Positions 30,221 through 39,413 of a stretch of DNA of 64,000 bases are shown in pieces. Numbering within the stretch: position 1 is the stretch's first letter; the number at the start of each line of letters is the position of its first letter. Source of the stretch: an uncultured bacterium (GTDB lineage Bacteria > Patescibacteriota > Minisyncoccia > UBA6257 > 2-01-FULL-56-20). The notes under the pieces were generated by a model that made no database searches, had not been told where the DNA came from, and saw only the letters and a list, made by a program, of their open reading frames with translations. The stretch is from contig CAWDZM010000001.1 in NCBI GenBank assembly GCA_963807165.1, forward strand, positions 32,214 to 96,213, written 5' to 3'. A program made the translations under genes and the position numbers.

Positions 30221-30264
30221 AAAAACAAAAGCCCCACCTTTTAAAAGGTGGGGCTTTTGTTTTT
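30221..30264. terminator. 44-bp perfect palindrome (terminator; apparent empty site of the element at 35546)
   Basis: AAAAACAAAAGCCCCACCTTTTAAAAGGTGGGGCTTTTGTTTTT. Confidence 0.75.
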
Positions 30265-30291
30265 GTATACTTTTAAAGTACACTACAGAAA

Positions 30292-31473
30292 ATGATTGAG
30301 TTTACCGTATTAAAAAAATCTAAAAAGTCCGCGGCGCGGCTTGGGATATTGAAGACGCCGCATGGCGAGGTGATGACGCCGGCGATCGTGCCGGTGGCAA
30401 CGCTCGCCACTATCAAAGCCTTGCGCTCTGACGAGGTTCTCGCCACCGGCACGCAGATGCTCATCTCGAACACGTATCATCTCCACCTTCAGCCGGGAGA
30501 AAAAATAGTGAAGGCGGCGGGCGGCATCAATACGTTTATGAACTGGAACCGTCCGACAATGACCGATTCTGGCGGGTTCCAGGTTTTCAGTCTCGGCTTC
30601 GGGCGCGATCTCGGCATCGGCAAGCAGTCCATCAGCAATTTCGGCAGCAAACTGGAAAAGGCGATTGAGAAGGGGAACCAACCGAAGACCGTCAAGATGA
30701 CGGAGGACGGCGTGGAGTTCCGTTCGCCGCTCACGGGTGAGGCGATGTTCCTGGGGCCGGAGGAATCCATGGCGATCCAGAACAAGCTGGGCGCGGACAT
30801 CATGTTCGCGTTCGACGAATGCCCGCCGCCGGGAATCACGCACGAATACATGAAGCATTCGCTCGCGCGCACCAACCGCTGGGCAGAGCGGTCACTCGTG
30901 GCGCATAAGACCGGTCAGGCGCTCTATGGCATTGTGCAGGGAGCGATGTTCGAAGACCTGCGTAAGGCAAGCGCGCGGGCAATTACTCTGATGGACGGTT
31001 TTGCGGGTTATGGCATCGGCGGCGACATCGGCGAGTCCAAAGCGATGTCGCGCAAAATTTTGAGCTGGGTGGTGCCACTTCTCGATCAGAGCAAGCCGCG
31101 ACATCTGCTTGGCATGGGACACATGGAAGACATCGAGCTCATCATGCAGGGCGGCGTGGATACGTTCGACATCACGGTGCCGACGCACTACGCGCGTCGC
31201 GGCATCGCGTTCGTCAGTAAAAAGAGCGGCATGCGCGGCGGCGCGCACGAAGGGCGCGTCGATTTTAATAAGGCGGCGTTGCTCAATGATAAAACCCCGA
31301 TCGATCCATCGTGCGAATGCCTGGTGTGTCAGAACTATCGGCGCAACTACATTGCGCACCTCGTGCGCGCGAACGAGATCGCAGGCGCGGCATTGCTCAC
31401 ATTCCACAATCTATTTTTCTTCAACGCGTATGTGGCGAAAGTACGGGAGAAAATTGCGAAGGGGATATTATAG
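30292..31473 (+). CDS. tgt: tRNA-guanine transglycosylase
   Basis: NTYHL, TDSGGFQVFSL, FDEC, GIVQG, GVDTFD, CECLVC zinc site. Confidence 0.92.
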   Translation: MIEFTVLKKSKKSAARLGILKTPHGEVMTPAIVPVATLATIKALRSDEVLATGTQMLISNTYHLHLQPGEKIVKAAGGINTFMNWNRPTMTDSGGFQVFSLGFGRDLGIGKQSISNFGSKLEKAIEKGNQPKTVKMTEDGVEFRSPLTGEAMFLGPEESMAIQNKLGADIMFAFDECPPPGITHEYMKHSLARTNRWAERSLVAHKTGQALYGIVQGAMFEDLRKASARAITLMDGFAGYGIGGDIGESKAMSRKILSWVVPLLDQSKPRHLLGMGHMEDIELIMQGGVDTFDITVPTHYARRGIAFVSKKSGMRGGAHEGRVDFNKAALLNDKTPIDPSCECLVCQNYRRNYIAHLVRANEIAGAALLTFHNLFFFNAYVAKVREKIAKGIL

Positions 31474-31476
31474 AAA

Positions 31477-32234
31477 TGAAGATACAGGCTATAAAAACCG
31501 ACGTCATTCATCCGCCGAAAGATGATCTTTTCCCCGCAATCGTCAAGGCAATTCCTTCCTTAAAAGAGAAGAGTGTCATCGTTATAACCTCGAAAGTCAT
31601 AAGTATTTGGCAGGGAAGATGTGTCTCGATGGATCGTTATGCCAAAAAAGATGAGTTGGTCATGCGCGAAGCGGATCTTTATCTGCCTCGGGAGATGACC
31701 CCCGGTGCGTGGTGCATGCATACTATAAAAAACAATATATTTATTCCGTCGGCGGGCGTCGATGAAAGCAACGCGGATGGATATTATATTTTATGGCCGA
31801 AGGATCCGGCACGCGTAGCAAAGAAATTATGGATGTGGCTGCGTAAAAAATACGCAGTGAAGGATCTTGGCGTGATTGTGAGCGACTCGCACACCATTCC
31901 TTTGCGGCGTGGCGTCATGGGAATTTCACTCGCTCATTATGGATTTGAGCCGTTAAAAGATTATCGTGACACACCGGATATTTTTGGGCGCACGCTTAAG
32001 ATGACGCAGACCAATATTCCAGATGGCCTCGCCGCAGCTGCGGTCGTGTTGATGGGTGAAGGCGACGAATGCACGCCGCTCGCAATTATCAGCGACGTCC
32101 CATGGATAACATTTGTAGAACACCCGCGTCGCTCGAAGAAACCATTTTCTTCATTCGAGATACGCACTCACGAAGATTTATACTACCCGTTATTATCGGG
32201 AGTGAAGTGGAAGAAAGGGAAAAATGGAAAATAA
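31477..32234 (+). CDS. CofE-like gamma-glutamyl ligase (F420:glutamyl ligase / FolC2-like)
   Basis: ITSKVIS..QG, PSAGVDESN, GVIVSDS...LRRG, DIFGR.L, MGEGDE.TP. Confidence 0.85.
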
Positions 32235-32385
32235 TTTTTCCAAAACCTCTTGACGCAAGTCCACATATAATGGATTTTACATTTTGTAATATCCAGTGCG
32301 TGGGGGCGTACTACTTAGTAGGCCGCGCAAGATCGCGCGCAAAACAAAGGTCGCACCTATATAAATTCAAACACATCGTACGCTT

Positions 32386-32547
32386 ATGCTTGTTAAAGCC
32401 ACAAGGAAGGGGGCATACACCCATCGTAGCTTACTCAAGGACCTGTCCGAGATAAAAGAGGTCCTGAAGGTCGAAACACAACTCATTAAAGAGCTCATCA
32501 GGATGGCAATCGCAAGACAAACCGCCGGTTTTGAATTTGGCTTCTAG
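32386..32547 (+). CDS. Possible 53-aa micro-protein
   Basis: MLVKATRKGAYTHRSLLKDLSEIKEVLKVETQLIKELIRMAIARQTAGFEFGF; followed by terminator. Confidence 0.4.
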   Translation: MLVKATRKGAYTHRSLLKDLSEIKEVLKVETQLIKELIRMAIARQTAGFEFGF

Positions 32548-32574
32548 AAAGGAACGCACATGCTACCAAGATGA

Positions 32575-32610
32575 AAGTCCGCTCTCCGACAAAAGGGGAG
32601 CGGACTTTTT
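32575..32610 (+). terminator. Rho-independent terminator
   Basis: AAAGTCCGCTCTCC...GGGGAGCGGACTTTTT. Confidence 0.75.
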
Positions 32611-32665
32611 GTTTTCGAATATATTAAATAAAGATTATAATGAAGGCATATAATAATCACTCCCA

Positions 32666-33439
32666 ATGTCCTCCTATTATAACCCCCAGCGCTCGCGCAA
32701 TCTGTTCGATCCAAAGTCGCATGAGCCGTTCACGGTCAGCCGGAGCGGCATCGATCTTTTTGTGCAGTGCCCACGCTGTTTCTATATCGACAAGCGGCTC
32801 GGCACCGGACGTCCGCCGGGATTTCCGTTCAGCCTGAACAGTGCCGTGGACGCGCTGCTCAAAAAGGAATTTGACACCCATCGTGCCGCGGCCACGGCAC
32901 ATCCGCTCATGAAGGAGTACAACATCGACGCGGTGCCGTACGCACACAAAGAGCTTGATGCGTGGCGCGACTCGCTCCGTCGCGGGATTCAATTCTTGCA
33001 CGAGCCGACGAACTTGCTCATCCGCGGCGGCGTGGACGATGTGTGGGTGGCGCCGACGGGGGAGTTGTACATTGTGGATTACAAAGCGACGTCAAAGACG
33101 GAAGAGGTTTCGCTCGACGCCGAGTGGCAGGACGGCTACAAGCGGCAGATGGAAGTGTATCAATGGCTTTTCCGCAAGAACGGTTTTGTGGTCTCGCCGA
33201 TCGGATACTTTGTCTATTGCAATGGCGACGCGGACGCCGCCGCATTCGACGCGCGATTGGAATTCGATATTAAAGTGATCCCATACGTGGGCAATACCGA
33301 TTGGGTGGAACCAACGATCGTGAATATGAAAAAATGTTTGATGGATGAAAAAATTCCAACAGCCAGCGTGGAGTGCGATTACTGTGCGTATGTTAATACG
33401 CGAGCGCAGCACGAAAAAAATCGGAGAGTCAAGCCGTAG
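32666..33439 (+). CDS. PD-(D/E)XK nuclease (RecB/Cas4-like)
   Basis: CPRCFY, GGVDD, IVDYK, QMEVY, C-terminal CDYC. Confidence 0.85.
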   Translation: MSSYYNPQRSRNLFDPKSHEPFTVSRSGIDLFVQCPRCFYIDKRLGTGRPPGFPFSLNSAVDALLKKEFDTHRAAATAHPLMKEYNIDAVPYAHKELDAWRDSLRRGIQFLHEPTNLLIRGGVDDVWVAPTGELYIVDYKATSKTEEVSLDAEWQDGYKRQMEVYQWLFRKNGFVVSPIGYFVYCNGDADAAAFDARLEFDIKVIPYVGNTDWVEPTIVNMKKCLMDEKIPTASVECDYCAYVNTRAQHEKNRRVKP

Positions 33440-33457
33440 CTTGCTCTCCGTATTGCG

Positions 33458-34072
33458 TTAGACACCTCTCCGGCTTTTGCAGGATGGATAGCCCCAATGA
33501 TGTAGATCAGCATCATCATTCCATGCGAAGAGTGAGGGCGCGCCGTCGCTGAAGATAGACACGCTCGGCCTGCTCCCTGAGCCATAACGTGAACCGCCAA
33601 GAAGTTTGTTGCAGTTCAGGCTCGTGAGGATATGGGAAAAGGTGATGCAGTGGATGATCCCTTCGTAAACAGTGATCGGCGATCGATTCAATTCGCAGAT
33701 TTTCGATTCGCTGATGCGAGGTTCCATGCCCAGATATTCCCTACCGTCGTTGATACTACACAAGAGGTAGGTTTCCTTTGGGGTGGTAACCACATCCGTG
33801 AGAAGCATTGGGTCGAGCCGGTTCTTCCCTTTCTTGCCATTCACCTCTATCAATTCCATGAGGTGATCGAGATCGAATCCATGGCCATGGCGGGGAGGAA
33901 TGATGCTAAAGAGGCCATCGGGGATATCCTTCCGGAAAGGATCGGCATCCTGATAGCGAATAAGCCCTGCGACGAAGAGTGTCTCCACTTCTTCATCGAA
34001 GAGTTCCTTTTTGTCCGACCGTATTTGAAGTGCCCGATATTGCTTCGCGCTGATATGTTCTGTCATGGGCAT
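33458..34072 (-). CDS. Hypothetical protein (DUF5701-like)
   Basis: AAGGAGG SD before ATG; GK.G, P..TY, DG, RSPIT..EG, GSR motifs. Confidence 0.6.
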   Translation of the reverse strand: MPMTEHISAKQYRALQIRSDKKELFDEEVETLFVAGLIRYQDADPFRKDIPDGLFSIIPPRHGHGFDLDHLMELIEVNGKKGKNRLDPMLLTDVVTTPKETYLLCSINDGREYLGMEPRISESKICELNRSPITVYEGIIHCITFSHILTSLNCNKLLGGSRYGSGSRPSVSIFSDGAPSLFAWNDDADLHHWGYPSCKSRRGV

Positions 34073-34151
34073 TGCGATGCCCTCCTTCTGTATTGTTTTA
34101 TATACCATCGCGTCGGGGGCGTCAATCGGAATCGTAGTGTATGATAGAGAG

Positions 34152-35405
34152 ATGATGAGTGAAGAAAAAGTTTTTAGCATTGCGGAATATATCGAGGTTC
34201 TTAATATATTTTTTAAGTCGCAGTCGGCGCGGATCATCGGCGAGATCAGCGAGCTCAAGCGCGCGGCGAGCGGGCACGTGTACTTCAGCATCAAAGATAA
34301 AGAGAATCCCGGCTCGCTTGACGCGATCATGTGGGCGCGGAATTATCAGCTGTGTGGCATCGCGCTCGAAGTGGGAATGGAAGTGATCTTAAATGGCCAT
34401 CCTAACGTGTATCCGAATAATGGCCGGCTTTCGTTCGTCGCGGACACGGTGGAGCTGGTGGGTGAAGGCGCGTTAAAGAAAGCGTACGATGATCTGCGCA
34501 AAAAGCTGGAAGCGGAGGGCGTGTTTGCCGCCGCGCGCAAGCGCACGCTGCCGGATTATATTCAACGCATCGGCGTCATCACTTCTATGAAGGGTGCAGT
34601 CATCCATGACTTCGAAAATAATTTGGGGAAGTTCGGGTTCAAAGTAAACGTGATCGATTCGCGCGTGGAGGGTGCGCAAGCGGCGGCGCCATTACTCGCC
34701 GCGATCCGTGCGATGCGCGAGATGGTGGAGGACGAAGGCTCGCGCGGCATGGGCATCGAGGCGCTCGTGATCATTCGCGGCGGCGGCTCGCTCGAGTCCC
34801 TGCAGGCGTTCAACAACGAGGCGCTCGTGCGCGAGGTCATCAATTTTCCAGTGCCGGTGATCGCGGGTATCGGCCACGATCAGGATGTGCCACTCATGGC
34901 GCTCGCCGCGGACTATATGACGTCCACGCCGACCGCCGCTGCGCACCTGCTCAGCCGGTCGTGGGAGGAGGCATACGCAAAGGTGCGCGCGTTCAGCGGG
35001 TTACTCAACCGCTTTCCATTGGAATTACAGCGCGTAGAAAACGATTTGAAAAATACATGGGAGCGATTTTGTATTACCTTTGGGCGGTCATTGGAACACG
35101 CCCACCAGACGCTCGCGCTCGGCGCGCAGGCGATCAAACACAACGATCCCGCGCGCCAGCTTGCGCTGGGCTATTCCATCGCGAGAAGGAATGGTAAAGT
35201 AGTACGGAGCATGGCAGGGCTTTCGCCCGGCGACGAGATGTCGCTCGCCGTGAGCGACGGAGAGATCAATACTATTATAAAAACTATCAACCACAACCAT
35301 AGCGATCATCATGGCGAAGACCACAAAGCAATCAGCGGCGGGACAAAAACCCCACGACCTAAAAAAATATCTGGAGGACATCAAGCAGATCTCGGATTGG
35401 TTTGA
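34152..35405 (+). CDS. xseA: Exodeoxyribonuclease VII large subunit
   Basis: GEIS...SGHVYFSIKD, IGVITS..GAVIHD, RGGGS.E.L..FN, GIGH..D, STPTAAA. Confidence 0.92.
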   Translation: MMSEEKVFSIAEYIEVLNIFFKSQSARIIGEISELKRAASGHVYFSIKDKENPGSLDAIMWARNYQLCGIALEVGMEVILNGHPNVYPNNGRLSFVADTVELVGEGALKKAYDDLRKKLEAEGVFAAARKRTLPDYIQRIGVITSMKGAVIHDFENNLGKFGFKVNVIDSRVEGAQAAAPLLAAIRAMREMVEDEGSRGMGIEALVIIRGGGSLESLQAFNNEALVREVINFPVPVIAGIGHDQDVPLMALAADYMTSTPTAAAHLLSRSWEEAYAKVRAFSGLLNRFPLELQRVENDLKNTWERFCITFGRSLEHAHQTLALGAQAIKHNDPARQLALGYSIARRNGKVVRSMAGLSPGDEMSLAVSDGEINTIIKTINHNHSDHHGEDHKAISGGTKTPRPKKISGGHQADLGLV

Positions 35406-35544
35406 GGATCAGGAAGAGATCGATCTTGAAGAGGCGTTAGTGAAGATCCGCGAAGCGGGGGAGTTGATCAAGTTGAGCAAAGATCGTTTAACGGAAGTGG
35501 AGAACGAATTCAAGGAAATAAAGACAAAGATAGAAGCGGAATAA
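35311..35544 (+). CDS. xseB: Exodeoxyribonuclease VII small subunit
   Basis: LEDI..I..WF...EIDLEEAL....E...LI.....L..VE next to xseA. Confidence 0.85.
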   Translation: MAKTTKQSAAGQKPHDLKKYLEDIKQISDWFEDQEEIDLEEALVKIREAGELIKLSKDRLTEVENEFKEIKTKIEAE

Positions 35545-35545
35545 A

Positions 35546-35674
35546 AAAAGCCCCACCTCTTAAAAGGGCGTCTCGGAGCCGCGAAGGCGGCGAGAGCCGA
35601 GGCGGCCGGTCAGCAGCCGCGACTCTTAGGAGTCCCGCGGGAGAACGCCGTACCTTTTAAGAGGTGGGGCTTTT
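35546..35674. repeat. Terminator-like 22-bp inverted repeat enclosing an 85-nt GC-rich structured insert
   Basis: AAAAGCCCCACCTCTTAAAAGG ... CCTTTTAAGAGGTGGGGCTTTT; insert homologous (reverse) to 54395-54463. Confidence 0.75.
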
Positions 35675-35681
35675 GTTATTA

Positions 35682-36263
35682 CTACTTTGTATCTTTATCG
35701 CGCGCTACCTTCAACGCATCTGCCCACCAGATGAGCTGGTCGAGCATCATATCGGCGTTTGCGTCGAATGACTCCGTTTTCAATATTCCTTTTTCATCCA
35801 GCATGCTCCATGGGTTGACCATGTGCACCGCGGTGCGGATGGAGACCATCTGCTGTTCGGCGACGACGGGGCGCAACTGATCGACGGCGCGTGCAGCACC
35901 GACCGTGCCGTATCCCACGAACGCCACCGGCTTCTTGTGCCACTCCTTTCCGACATAATCGAATGCGTTCTTGAGTACCGCAGGGTATCCATGATTATAT
36001 TCCGCTACGGTAAAGATGAAGCCATCAGCTTCGCCGATCTTTGCGGTCCATTGCGCTGAGATCGGATACGGGTATGCGCCTTCTTTCATCGCCGCCATCA
36101 TCGGCGACATCGCTTCATTAAAGAGGGGGAGCGGGTAATCGCGCAGATCCAATAACTCCACATCCAATCCTTTTGTTTTTGCCTTTTCAACAATCCACTT
36201 TGCCGGCTGTTCGCCGAACCGATTCTGCCGCGTCGTCCCGAGAATAACTTTTATTTTTAACAT
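35682..36263 (-). CDS. NADPH-dependent FMN reductase
   Basis: GTTRQNR, ADGFIF..AEYNHGYPAVLKNAFD, KPVAFVGYG. Confidence 0.9.
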   Translation of the reverse strand: MLKIKVILGTTRQNRFGEQPAKWIVEKAKTKGLDVELLDLRDYPLPLFNEAMSPMMAAMKEGAYPYPISAQWTAKIGEADGFIFTVAEYNHGYPAVLKNAFDYVGKEWHKKPVAFVGYGTVGAARAVDQLRPVVAEQQMVSIRTAVHMVNPWSMLDEKGILKTESFDANADMMLDQLIWWADALKVARDKDTK

Positions 36264-36287
36264 TGTTTTTGATTATTATTTAATTTA

Positions 36288-36590
36288 TTATTTTTTCTTC
36301 GACTTTGATTTCTGTTTTTGCATATCATTCACCAGACTGTGGAGGAGTTTGAGCGTATATTCCGTATTCACCGCATAGAACACTTCCTTACCGCTTCGCT
36401 CGTCGATCACGAGGTCGCACGTCTTGAGCGTTTTCAGATGTTGCGATACCGCGGGCTGGGAAAGTTTAACGATGCGCGTCAGCTCATTCACCGTCTTTCG
36501 CCCCTTGAGGAGCGCCTCGATGATCCGGTATCGCGCGGCGTTGCCAACGCCTTTGCCGAACTTATTTATTTCCCTGCAGAGATCAGACAT
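36288..36590 (-). CDS. ArsR/SmtB-family regulator
   Basis: R..II..L....TVNEL....LSQPAVSQHLKTL...LV...R.G. Confidence 0.9.
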   Translation of the reverse strand: MSDLCREINKFGKGVGNAARYRIIEALLKGRKTVNELTRIVKLSQPAVSQHLKTLKTCDLVIDERSGKEVFYAVNTEYTLKLLHSLVNDMQKQKSKSKKK

Positions 36591-36596
36591 ATTTAG

Positions 36597-36616
36597 ATAT
36601 TAGCATATGCTTATAT
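36597..36616. promoter_or_regulatory. Probable ArsR operator overlapping its promoter
   Basis: Imperfect palindrome ATATTAGCATATGCTTATAT just upstream of the arsR start. Confidence 0.55.
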
Positions 36617-36680
36617 GTCGTCAAGGGGTGCATAGGGACGCCCTTTTGAAGGCTTTGTGAAAAAAGATATAATAGCCGTT

Positions 36681-37136
36681 ATGGATAGCAAAAAGGTCAT
36701 CATCAAAAAAACGCCGAGGCACGGCAGGGGAGTTTTCGCCGCCAGAAAGATAAAAAAAGATGAGGTTATTGCGGCGTTTGATGGCGCGATCTACGATGCT
36801 GGCCACGAGGACTGGAGCGATGATCTTTATAATCATGCCATCCAATATGGGGAGCAACAATGGCGGGATTCAAAGGGGATCGCGCGGCTGGTCAATCACT
36901 CATGCGATCCGAATTGCGGCATCCGCGACCTGTTCAAGGTGGTGGCGATGCGGGATATCGCGCCTGGCGAGGAGGTCACATGGGACTACGGCATGACTGA
37001 AAATTATACGTGGCGAATGAAATGTACGTGCGGGTCGTCGCTTTGTCGGAAGACGATCGGAGCATATCGCACGATGCCGCCCGCCATCAGGAGGAAGTAT
37101 AAGGGATATATTTCAGGGTGGCTGCTCGAGAAATAA
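36681..37136 (+). CDS. SET-domain protein-lysine methyltransferase with post-SET motif
   Basis: GRGVFA, NHSCDPN, GEEVTWDY, CTCGSSLCR. Confidence 0.92.
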   Translation: MDSKKVIIKKTPRHGRGVFAARKIKKDEVIAAFDGAIYDAGHEDWSDDLYNHAIQYGEQQWRDSKGIARLVNHSCDPNCGIRDLFKVVAMRDIAPGEEVTWDYGMTENYTWRMKCTCGSSLCRKTIGAYRTMPPAIRRKYKGYISGWLLEK

Positions 37137-37159
37137 GCGTCACGTGATATAATAGTGGT

Positions 37160-37429
37160 ATGCCCGAACCAACAAAAAATTGCACTCACCGCGACCAGAT
37201 CCGCGATGTCCATCCGAAGGACATTACGGTGTGTGAGGATTGCATCAAGATCGGCGACGTATGGGTGAGCCTGCGTGAGTGCCTCACGTGCGGTCATGTG
37301 GGATGTTGTGACAGTTCCAAGAATAAGCACGCTACGAAACATTTCCATGAAACGGGACATCCGATTATGAAGTCGGTCACGCCGGGCGAAGAGTTTACGT
37401 GGTGCTATGTGGACGAAATCTATTTATAA
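37160..37429 (+). CDS. UBP-type zinc-finger protein
   Basis: CTH, CEDC, WV.LR.CL.CGHVGCCDSS..KHA..H, WCYVD. Confidence 0.92.
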   Translation: MPEPTKNCTHRDQIRDVHPKDITVCEDCIKIGDVWVSLRECLTCGHVGCCDSSKNKHATKHFHETGHPIMKSVTPGEEFTWCYVDEIYL

Positions 37430-37449
37430 AATTTTAATACAATAAAAGC

Positions 37450-37671
37450 ATGAAAAAAATATTAAATATTTTGGCGGTTGTGTTCGGCATCGTGTTCGTG
37501 GCGCTCGCAATCTACTATTGGATAACGCCTGCAAACATGTTGCCCGCGTTTTTACCGGGCTATGACGTTGCGATGGCGACGCCGCACATCAAGCACGGCA
37601 TCGCATCGCTCGTGGTTGGCCTCGCACTGTTGGTTTACGCGTGGTTCGCAAGCGCAAAGAAAGTTTCCTAG
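37450..37671 (+). CDS. Small 2-TM membrane protein
   Basis: PA..LP.FLPGY...H.KHG between two TMs. Confidence 0.7.
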   Translation: MKKILNILAVVFGIVFVALAIYYWITPANMLPAFLPGYDVAMATPHIKHGIASLVVGLALLVYAWFASAKKVS

Positions 37672-37673
37672 GG

Positions 37674-38018
37674 ATGGCAATCGAAGTTCCAAAAGAAGTC
37701 CCCGAGAACGGATTTTACTATCACTACAAGCACGACCCCGACGGGCCGCTGACCAGTTACGCATACGAAGTGGTCGGCGTCGGTCACCATACGGAGGACT
37801 ATGCCACGGTGGAAGATATGCATATGGTAATATACCGTCCACTCTATGAAGATGCGGCGGTGTATAAAGCGGGTAAGCTTTTCGATCTGCGCCCGCTCGG
37901 CATGTTTATGGAATACATCACGAAAGAGGGGAAGACATTCCCGCGGTTCAAAAAGGTCAGCGATGAGGCGGTGATAAAAGAGTTGGAGGCGGCGCGGGCG
38001 AGGATGTACGGGAGTTAG
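37674..38018 (+). CDS. DUF1653-like protein
   Basis: G.Y.HYK, YEVVG.G.HTE, MVIYRPLY, RPL.MF, PRF. Confidence 0.8.
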   Translation: MAIEVPKEVPENGFYYHYKHDPDGPLTSYAYEVVGVGHHTEDYATVEDMHMVIYRPLYEDAAVYKAGKLFDLRPLGMFMEYITKEGKTFPRFKKVSDEAVIKELEAARARMYGS

Positions 38019-38051
38019 CCGTGGGATGTTATAATAAAGCCAATATCACTT

Positions 38052-39404
38052 ATGAAAAATAATATTCCTAAGGCGGTAAAGAACATCGATCATATTGGCG
38101 ACCTCTGGCTTCCGTTAAAAATAAAATATGATCGGATGCCCGGTCTTTCTGTGGGTATTGTTTATCAAGGGAAATTACTTTATGGAAAGGGTTTTGGATT
38201 CGCCGATATTGGGAAAAAGCAGCGTGCTACCGAGAAAACGCTTTATCACATTGCGTCCAATTCGAAAATGTTCACTGCGGTTTCGATTATGCAGCTTGTC
38301 GAGCTGGGGAAACTTCGTCTTGATGACAAGGTGGCTACGCATATTGACTGGTTTAAGGCAAAAAATAAAAATGCCGATGCGGCTAGTATAACGATAAGGC
38401 AATTACTCTCCCACGCCGCTGGGATATTTCGCGATGGCGATACGGCGCATTGGGAAACGGGTAAGTTTCCCAAAAATTTACAATCATCATTTTCGGAAAA
38501 ATCCCTACGGTTGGAAAATCTTGCTTCGTTTAAATACGCGAATTACGGATACGGCCTCTTGGGGGAAATCATAAAAAGAGTAAGCGGATTGTCATACGAA
38601 CAATATGTGCAAGTCAATATTTTGAGGCCGCTTGGAATGAATGATACTTATCCGGACTACGAAGATGGTCTTGCTCGCGTAGCAACAGGATACGGAAGAA
38701 ACATTCCCGATGAGCAACGGCAAATATTTCCCCATTATAAAACGCATGCCTACTCCAGCGCAACCGGATTCGTTTCAAATGTGCTTGATCTTGGTAAATT
38801 CATTCACGCACTTTCGCTTGAGAGTAAAAACAAAATACTGACGCGTGAATCTAAAAAAGAAATGATACATCCCCACGAAAAGACGGGGGAGGGTGATGAA
38901 TATGGATTGGGGGTCGAGATTGCATATATAAAGAATAGAAAAATTGTCGGTCACGGTGGCGGTTTCAATGGATTTATTACTAAAGTTATGTGGGATGCGC
39001 AGGGCGATTTGGGGGTAATAGTCTTGTCGAATTCACTTGATAGTTCTGCGGGGAATATTGCTCGTGGCCTTTTTGAGACGATATATGATTTCCTGGATAG
39101 ACAGGTCGAATATATGGGGAATAAAAAAGTCAATTTTAAATCGTTGGAAGGTATCTATCGCAGTGTGTGGGGCGACGATGTGGTGGTGAGAATGGGAAAT
39201 ACATTGATTGCTTTCAATCCTAAAACTGATTCTCCACTCCGGTGGAGTACGTCTTTTATTCCTGAAAAAGTCCCCAATCAATTTTTAATGAAAAGCAAAA
39301 ATATGTTCAGTAATGGCAATGAAATTGCGAAATTCGGCAGATTTAAAAACGGGCGGGCGCAGGAGGCTTTTTTTGGAGCAACACCATCACGCCGCGTTAG
39401 CTAA
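38052..39404 (+). CDS. Serine hydrolase, beta-lactamase/AmpC family
   Basis: SNSK, YAN, HGG motifs; AT-rich. Confidence 0.88.
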   Translation: MKNNIPKAVKNIDHIGDLWLPLKIKYDRMPGLSVGIVYQGKLLYGKGFGFADIGKKQRATEKTLYHIASNSKMFTAVSIMQLVELGKLRLDDKVATHIDWFKAKNKNADAASITIRQLLSHAAGIFRDGDTAHWETGKFPKNLQSSFSEKSLRLENLASFKYANYGYGLLGEIIKRVSGLSYEQYVQVNILRPLGMNDTYPDYEDGLARVATGYGRNIPDEQRQIFPHYKTHAYSSATGFVSNVLDLGKFIHALSLESKNKILTRESKKEMIHPHEKTGEGDEYGLGVEIAYIKNRKIVGHGGGFNGFITKVMWDAQGDLGVIVLSNSLDSSAGNIARGLFETIYDFLDRQVEYMGNKKVNFKSLEGIYRSVWGDDVVVRMGNTLIAFNPKTDSPLRWSTSFIPEKVPNQFLMKSKNMFSNGNEIAKFGRFKNGRAQEAFFGATPSRRVS

Positions 39405-39413
39405 TTAACGGTA

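Noticed and set aside
32666-33439. Cas4 or a CRISPR locus
   Set aside because: No repeat-spacer array or other cas genes seen; stand-alone PD-(D/E)XK nuclease
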